Assembly (NCBI GenBank): GCA_951406725.2
Contig: OX597821.1
Location: 53,568,001-53,632,000 of the forward strand
Length of the DNA stretch: 64,000 nucleotides
Direction of reading: 5' to 3'
DNA from: Octopus vulgaris
Lineage: Eukaryota
Positions 55,657 through 64,000 of the stretch are shown here, piece by piece; position 1 is the stretch's first letter, and every line of letters starts with the position of its first letter. Below the pieces are notes generated by a model. That model saw only the letters and a program-made list of their open reading frames with translations. It did no database searches and had not been told where the DNA came from. Position numbers and translations under genes: made by a program.

Positions 55657-55924
55657 ATAAGACAGTAAGGTGTGATTTGAGGGAGATTTGGCTGCTATTT
55701 CTACCATGTCTAGCTGCAATGTAGGGGTCTCCCTCATAGGCTCATACATACATATATACATAGATAAGACAGTAAGGTGTGATTTGGGGGAAATTTGGCT
55801 GCTATTTCTACCAGGTCTAGCTACCATGTAGAGGTCCCCCTCATTGGCTCATATATATATACATACATACATAAGACAGTAAGGTGTGATTTGAGGGAGA
55901 TTTGGCTGCTGTTTCTACCAGGTC
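55657..55924 (+). repeat. Tandem repeat, 107-bp unit x ~2.5
   Basis: ATAAGACAGTAAGGTGTGATTTG at 55657, 55764 and 55871. Confidence 0.9.
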
Positions 55925-56248
55925 TGTTAGGCCTTCTCATGTAAACTCAAGCTTTCTCATGCCTTGAACATAAAACCAAAGCAGAGAATGTATTCTTTTA
56001 TTCTTCTGCTTTTTCCAGCCATTGGTCTGTGGCCATGCTGGGGCAATGCCTTGAAGAATTGTAGTTTAATGAATCAACTCCAGTTTTATATTTGTAAGCA
56101 TTGCACTTATTCTATCTGTTTCCTTTGTCAAACCACTAGGTGACAGGGATGTAAACAAACCAACATTCGTTGTCAAGCAGTGGTGGAGGACAATCACAAG
56201 CACAGACACGCACACACACACACATACATGCATACACATATACACACA

Positions 56249-56284
<36 letters not shown>

Positions 56285-56302
56285 TATGTGTGTATATATA
56301 TA

Positions 56303-56625
56303 TTGCAGCGTGGAAGGTGTTTGTAAGCCATTTAAGAAACACACAAAAACCGTTAGATTCACTTCAACATTTAAATTTAATTTGCCAAAATATTTTCCTC
56401 GCTTTGAGACCGCGACCTGTTCACTGACAAAAATATCGTGCTAACAGGTCGCGGTCTCAAAGCGACGAAAATATTTTGACAAATTAAATTTAAATGTTGA
56501 AGTGAATCTAACGGTTTTTGTGTGTTTCTGAAATGGCTTATAAACACCTTCAACGCTGCAACTGTTTTCGTTCCAGCACACGATCTCAGATCAAGTCACT
56601 TGCTATGCAAGTACATCTCTGTAAC
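56303..56625. repeat. Asymmetric fold-back element in (TA)n with hammerhead-shaped motif
   Basis: Arms 56303-56421 / 56443-56561, right side extends ~65 bp to (TA)n. Confidence 0.88.
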
Positions 56626-56629
56626 TATA

Positions 56630-56674
<45 letters not shown>

Positions 56675-56734
56675 TAAAAACAGTAAGATAACAAAAGAAA
56701 GAAAGAGACCTCAATATTATGTAAATAGAGGAAA

Positions 56735-57129
56735 TCTTTATATATAAAAGTGAGGTTGTGTGTCTGACTCCTACGATTTAGATTCCTAACTACTCCCACA
56801 TTTTGCGGTGCAGTTTAACCAAAACCGGGTATCTAATAGTCGTGATTCATATCGAGACCGTCTGGGTATTAGCGCGCGTCTACGATGAGACTACGATTTA
56901 AAAAAAAATTTACCATCAATTTTTCCCATTTTTAATCCATTTTTGACATATATAAGGGAAGTAACTCTCTAAAATTTATTATTAAATCTCAGAACGTAAA
57001 AAGCTACAGTAACACCCCTCCCCCTTTGTGGTTAGCCATATTGAGATGGCTATTATACTTTACATCTCTAAAAATGCTTATATAATTATTTCCGTTACAA
57101 ACCCGAGCAACGCCGGGCGATACTGCTAG
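56735..57129 (+). mobile_element. Non-autonomous Helitron (long variant of the 1528-1819 family)
   Basis: Same 5' TCTTTATATATAAAAGTGA start, same hairpin and 3' CTAG|T end; carries about 100 bp extra internal sequence. Confidence 0.75.
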
Positions 57130-57153
57130 TATATATATATATATATGTATATA

Positions 57154-57257
<104 letters not shown>

Positions 57258-57608
57258 TGTGTATGTGTGTGTACTCTTCGTACCCATCACCCCTAAAAAG
57301 AAATTGATATAGATCCATGATTGTCAAGCAATGCTCATTGCCAAATGAAATTTTGAATTAGCGTGTTCACACCATAACATTTCAAGGTAAGTACATACAT
57401 TCTTAACGGTTTTGTAAAATATTGATATCTAAACGTACACATTAATATGATTTCTCACACAGATATGCATGCGTGCATGTATACGTATAGTTAATCAAAG
57501 ATATACAAACATGCACACATAGGCCTAAACATGATTACACATACAGGTACGTATATACGCCTACGCAGACATACACATATACATATACATGCAGGCATAT
57601 AAACACAT

Positions 57609-57643
<35 letters not shown>

Positions 57644-57844
57644 AATAAATATAAATATTTGTCTACATATATGTACGTATATGCACAAATATATATCAGC
57701 ATACATACATGTACACCTTTTTCCTCTTACGAATTATACTGGTGGGAGTAGCACTAAGTTACGCGCCCGGATATATTCTTTCATTCTTTTCAATCATGCC
57801 GTCATACATAAATATATACGCACATATATATATATATACACACA

Positions 57845-57893
<49 letters not shown>

Positions 57894-58002
57894 GCATATA
57901 TATATATACACACACATACACATATATAAATATATATATATAAACATATACATATATATATATATATACACACATACATATACATATATATACATATACA
58001 TC

Positions 58003-58058
<56 letters not shown>

Positions 58059-58239
58059 CATATATATATATATGCGTGTATGTATATAAATGTTTGTACA
58101 TACTCACGTATCACGTAATATCCCATGTGATATATAAGGATTTCGACGTAATTCATCAGAATAATTTACGTATTTCAGTAAAGTGTTGACAAAAAAATTC
58201 AGCAGTTTCGAATAGCTTATAGTAAGAGAGAGGAGACAA

Positions 58240-58465
58240 AAGTTAAGACGCCGAGTGTAATGCTTAGCGGTATTTCGTCTTTCTTTAAGTTCTGAGTTAA
58301 AATTCCGCCTACGTCGACTTTGACTTCGAGGTTGATAAATTAAGTACTAGTTGCGTACTGGGGTCGATCTAATCGATCGGCCCCACCCCGAAAGACTTGG
58401 CGTGGGGTCGATCGATTTGTTCGACTCCACCCCAAAGACTTCAGGCCTTATTCCTAGCGTAGAAA
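58240..58465 (+). mobile_element. SINE family A variant with internal duplication
   Basis: GCTTAGCGGTATTTCGTC...GTCGACTTTG...TGGGGTCGATC repeated twice. Confidence 0.65.
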
Positions 58466-58639
58466 AAAGAGAAGAAACAAAGAAGAGAGAGAGAGAAAGA
58501 GATAAATAAATAGATAGATGGAGATAGAGATAGATAGTTAGGGAGAGAGAGATAAAGAGAGAGAGACCTACCTTATTTTGATGATCACATGTTTTAGAAA
58601 GAACAGCTGACGCATACGCATACATACTCAAGAGCACAT

Positions 58640-59000
58640 CTACAAAAGGATGAATAAGCCCTCGTACTTATTGGAAAACCTTTACGCAATCAGACACTGG
58701 AAATACTTGCCTATTGATATGATCTCTTTTATCTCCTTGTATTTTGGTTTTTGTTCACCCAAAGTAACAAACTGGGTTGTAATTCTTCTGCTCAAAAACA
58801 ACTAAAGGCATTCATTGCACTAATCAATTCCACAGAAGACACTTAATCTAAACATTTCTGTTTAAAACTATGACACGCCAGGAATTCCATCTTTTATCAC
58901 GCTTTGCATAGCATGTGTGAGCCTGCTGGTTTTCAAGCAGCACATAATCAGGTATTTTCATTAATATGAACAATCCCAGGATTAGTCGTTGTCTTTTTTA
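58640..59000 (-). mobile_element. Possible Merlin/IS1595-type DDE transposase remnant
   Basis: Minus-strand relics IVHINE, VFCGID..NEC, VSDC resemble IVEIDES...WVFGGIDR...ISDCWKAY; heavily degraded. Confidence 0.4.
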
Positions 59001-61166
59001 TAGTTGTAATAGTCGGCATCCTCATCATCAAGATATCTCCCATGTTCACAACAAATTTGAATTTAGCACAGAAAGACGACGAAGCATTTTGCTTTAGAAT
59101 TTATTTATCGTAGCAAAGAGCACAACTAGCGACACATTGCTCCATGTTCTTTAATTCCGTTTTCAGATTGCTTTTGCGGTCTTCCTGAATCACGCGCTTA
59201 AAATTTTGTTTTTTGAGGAGCAAAACAAAACATGTGTCTACAGTTTTTTTTTTCTTTTTTGAGGAGCAAAACAAAACGTCGGTTGAAAAACCATATTTGG
59301 CTTGTTGACGTTCCTATATTAATTTAATTTTCTGCTACCAGGTTTAATCGTCTTGCTACAAATAACCAAATCTCTCTCAAAGCATACTTAGTTTCCAAAA
59401 TGGTAAAACGTAGAATTTAGTCAGAGATTAGATATTTTGAAAAGAAGGGATTGCACCATGACTAGAATAGTTTTGTCTATAAATTTGTTCAACCCATGTT
59501 TAAAACAACAATAACAACAACCACAATGTGAATCACAGACGAATTATGAACGCCACATCCTTTCGTAGTCGGAAACTCAGTTGTTATAACCATTTCTGCT
59601 GCATTTTAATGAATATGAATAAAATCGCATAAATTATCATACATTACTTCTCGGCTGACCACAGAAGTTTAACATCCATCAATAAATTGATATCGAGTGG
59701 GAGAAAAGTATATCATTGTATGTCCTATTGTATGTGAGTGAGTATACAAGTATACGTTTGTATATGAATTGTGTGAATGTATAAATGTCACTATCTGTCT
59801 TCGCGTATGTATCTGTATACATACATACATACATACATACATACACACACACACATAGGGTCTTTGTGAATGTATTGATTAATTTCCTTGAAAGTACTCG
59901 ATACCAGACCATTTTCAGATTTATTTCATTATAATAAATATAACCGCAATAAAATACGTGTGATACATTTTAGAGTTGAGAATCCGTAACCATGCTAATT
60001 GCATTTTTCGCTCAAAAGAGATAGTTTCATATATTTAAGGAGAAAAAAAGGAATAAATATACCCTCAAAAACCATCTCAAAATAACACAAAGTAGTGAAA
60101 AAATTTCGTGTCCAAGCATTCAATTTCTTCCGTAACAAGAAATTTCACTGAAAACATATAACATTTTCTAGTTTTCAATTGTTTTACTTTGTGCTCTTCA
60201 GGTAATCAGCAAAATAGCGACGATGTAAAATTTCAGTTGTTTTATTGTCTTCCGAATGTTCTTAACATGTTTCTCGTAATATTATTTGAAATGTAAGTCA
60301 AAGCCAGGATTAAGATTTTTCTCAGTATATAATAAATGGCTTTGACACGAAACCGTGTCATTGTGCAAACTAATGTTTCTTTCATATTGATAGTCTTGGT
60401 AGTATTACTGACAGCAGCAATATTTTACTGATAGATAAGCATAAAGTATTATACGACTATGGCATGTGAAAAGGAACTTGTAGCAAATGATTGTGAGAGA
60501 TATGTTTGGTACCTGACAGATAGTGGAAAGATTAAAGAATAGTTCAATGAAATTTAGGTTAGTAAGGAAGCTAAATGTAAAACGTGAAAATATTTATTCG
60601 ATATAAAAACACAATTGGGGAGGTAAGCTACTTATTGGCAACATTATTAACAACAATGCGAGTCACAAAGATATTATTGTGAAAAGAATAATTTTGCCAT
60701 TTAAACCTTATTATTAAAACCGTCTGTGTTACATTTTTGTAGATAACAATGACATGGCGTTGTTCTAAATAAATTGTCATTTGGTCCCAGAAGTTTGACA
60801 ACGATCAACAATGTTCTCTGATGGGAGGAGGTATATCATTGTGTAAGTATAGTGTGCGTATGTATATTTATATTGAATTGTGACTTCTCTGTACGTTTAC
60901 CACTAGTAAAAAAAATCAGATATGAAGATTTGATTTAATTTCTCGTGCTTGATGTTATTCATTAGTAAACGTAATGTTTATATTGCTTACAGAATATAAG
61001 GAAGTATAGATTCTGACCAGCACTCGTTTTCCCTCCACATCCTGTTAAACATTTAGTTTATGTTGCTATTTAAACAGTGTCACTGGTAACATGATATCGA
61101 GGAACCAATAATTGGTTCACTGCCCCTTTGTTGTCATAAGTGAGATGAAAATGCAGAGCATTTATA

Positions 61167-61325
61167 GGCGCAGGAGTGGCTGTGTGGTAAGTGGCTTGCT
61201 TACGAACTACGTGGTTCTGGGTTCTGTTCCACTGCGTGGCAACTTGGGCAAGTGTCTTCTACTATAGTCGGGCCAACCAAAACCTTGTGAGTGGATTTGG
61301 TAGACGGAAATTGAAAGAAACCTGT

Positions 61326-61377
<52 letters not shown>

Positions 61378-61573
61378 TATATATATATATATGCGTGTGT
61401 GTGTGTGTGTGTGTTTGTGTTTACGTCCCCGTAACTTAGCGGTTCGGCAAAAGCGACCAATAGAATAAGTACAAGCCTTACAAAGAATAAGTCCTGGGTT
61501 CGATTTGCTCGACTAAATGCGGTGCTCCAGCATGACCATAGTCAATGACTGAAACAGGTAAAAGAGTAAAAGA
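61167..61573 (+). mobile_element. tRNA-derived SINE family B (CORE-like; resembles octopus OR-type SINEs) with internal (TA)n(TG)n microsatellite, full length
   Basis: GGAGTGGCTGTGTGGTAAG A-box, GGGTTCTGTTCC B-box, CTTGGGCAAGTG core, internal microsatellite, 3' part ...GGTGCTCCAGCATG...GACTGAAAC, GTAAAAGA tail. Confidence 0.85.
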
Positions 61574-62599
61574 GAGAGAGCATTCGATCTAATTCTTAAA
61601 CTCCGAAAACAGAATTTGTTACCCTACTGGATAACAATAAAACAGGAAACTCTCTAAAGTCTAGATTCAACAATTATTTTCAATTTAAATTTCTTAGAAA
61701 AGTCATTGGTTTCTCTAAGGAATATTTCTATTCCACGAAATTGTATAACTGAATATCAACAGGGGCGAAAACACATTCACCGAAATAATAACTATAACTT
61801 AGAAAGTGACTTTAAACGCAATTACACTTCAAAATCATATAGGCATCTGTTAATGGACACTTTCAAAACTCGATATTCTTAGCATCTCAATCTATGGTTG
61901 TTCCTATGAAATCTTAAAAGCAAAATTATGAAGTTCGGTACAAAACAAATTCCTTAAGGCAGCTTAGCAGTGTAGTCATTTCAAACATCCTTGAGAATGC
62001 TTTTGTTGATTCAAGACGTTTCATTCATAGAAGATATATAGACGACTTAGACTATTCTTCCCAAACTTAGATTGAACGTAATTTTGTAGGCAGCAAGTAT
62101 TTTGGTTGATTTCTTAGCGCATAAAATGCTACATTCAAGGATATTTACATTTACGTTGACAGGATATTTACCTTATCTAACGTAAAAAAATTTGCATTAC
62201 CCAGCAAAATAGTTAATAGTTCAGTATTTTTATTTTTTTCAAAGGAACACCTATTGATGATATACCACAATGAAGTAAAACCAGGAACAGTTTAAGAAAG
62301 GCATTCTACTTCAGTTGGAAATAATGTAATTATCCGTTAAATATTTACCGCTGATATACTAAGTGTAGTTGTGTGTTTTTGTGTACATACATATATATAG
62401 ACACACACACACACGTAAACCTACGATTTTTCATAATTTATTTTCAGTTTATATTCTTCAACTTAGCGGAAATCTAGCTAGTCACGAGGAAAGTAGCAAG
62501 CCTCTTGGAGTTTGTAGTTATCTAGAATGGTTGACGTATGCATGCATAAGTACGTGTTGTGCGTATGTGTGCGTACATCTATACCAGCCTCCCCTCTCC

Positions 62600-62805
62600 A
62601 CCCCAGAGATGTAATCCCCAGGAAAGGTAAAGGCACATACAGTTTAGCACCAACAGCATTGCAACTCATTTCTGAATTTGAGTGAACTGAAGCAACGTGA
62701 AACAAAGTATCTGGTTCAAGACCACAATACACAGCACGGTTCGGAAATCGAACTAATTGCCTCATAATTACGAGCCCAGTGCCCTAACGACTGAGCAATG
62801 CACTT
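62600..62805 (-). mobile_element. tRNA-derived SINE family C (second copy at about 45560-45712)
   Basis: GAGTGAACTGAAGCAACGTGAAA...GGAAATCGAAC...CCCTAACGACTGAGC (reverse-complement tRNA head). Confidence 0.55.
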
Positions 62806-64000
62806 TCGTATATATATACGCGTATATATATTTACTGTACACGATTCTTGATACGAAAGAGTGTGTTGAAATATGTATCGTTATATTAAGGTTGGTCATC
62901 ATTTGCTATTTGAACACATGCACCATTTATTTGCTCTTCATTTTGGCTCTCCCTATTCTATTTCGTCTTTCTGTGGTATGTAGGGTACGTATCACAAAAG
63001 GAAAAAGTGGAATAGGCAGGGTAACAGAAGACACAGAGGTCACAAAATGTGTTACGAAAGAAATTTGCCAGACAAATAAATAAAAGATAATGCTAATAAA
63101 ACTTAAGTGGCAATCAAATAAACGGCGTGTGTGTTTAATTGGCATAAAATGTCCCCGAGTATAACAATATATATTTGTGTGCGTGTGTAGGTATGTGTGT
63201 GCACGTTTGTGTCTATGTGTGTGCACACAGACATACACCCACACAAAGAAAGAGAGAGAGCGCGTGAGAGACCAAACAAAACATGCAGATATTGTCATTA
63301 AATTTATTATGAAATAAGTTACGAAAGCGTAAACACAAACATATTTGTCGACGAAAACATCCAATTCTCGATAGTTTTTTACAGCTATTTCACAAATCCA
63401 GAGGCTAGTTGATGTAATAACGTGTTACGCAATCGTTTGTACATTCCAATGCAATAATACTCATCAAACAAATAGAAATAATTATCAACGCATAAACATA
63501 TGTTAATGTGTTTAAGTTGGAAGCACTGAAGTGCCAAATATTGTCTTCAGAAAGATAGGTGGCAAATGTTAATTCTGTAGAAGTAAAGTAATGTTTAAGA
63601 GCACAGAAACATTAAAAAAAATACGGTCGACGAAGAGGGTGATAGCGATGCGGAGGCGGAAAGTGTGAGACAAAGAAATACCGAAAAACCAAAAGCTAGA
63701 AAATATATATATAAAAGTGAAGGAGAGACGCTAGGGGATATAAAACTATACAAAAAGAAAGGGAAAGAAAATGAGAAAAAGAGAGAAAAGATGAAACAGA
63801 TGTATAGTTGGTTAGAATCAGACTGGTCAAGACAAATCATAAATCTTAAGTATGTGTATAACAGAGTAGAGAAGGAAGATCAAAGAGAATTCATTAAGAG
63901 AAACAAGAAAGAAAAAAAAAATAGAAGACAGCAGCTAGCCAGACCCTACCCTGCTGATGACACAATGACCTTTTAGCAGCTATTAATACTGTATTAAATA

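Noticed and set aside
55657-55924. CRISPR-like repeat-spacer appearance
   Set aside because: The 'spacers' are homologous to each other, the context is eukaryotic and there are no cas genes; simple tandem repeat.

Overview
AT-rich (by eye) eukaryotic genomic DNA, extremely dense in (TA)n/(CA)n/(GATA)n/(ATT)n microsatellites and tRNA-derived SINEs. The repeat repertoire strongly suggests an octopus/cephalopod genome (inference). The only credible host coding sequence is a large first coding exon of a natriuretic-peptide-receptor/receptor guanylyl cyclase-type gene on the minus strand (14987->14315); its next exon was not found in the window. The rest is a transposon graveyard: mariner, Tc1, maT and Merlin-like remnants, RTE-like LINE remnants, non-autonomous Helitrons, two Tx1-like LINE 3' ends embedded in different microsatellites, and Penelope-like (GIY-YIG) remnants. 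The most striking unexplained structures are (i) a 618-bp non-coding element at 21119-21736 with identical 125-bp direct repeats and a complete type I hammerhead ribozyme, i.e. a retrozyme-like element, and (ii) at least eight mutually dissimilar 170-360 bp fold-back elements, mostly in or beside microsatellites, several carrying hammerhead-like motifs. Nearly all ORFs in the supplied track are microsatellite read-through artefacts.
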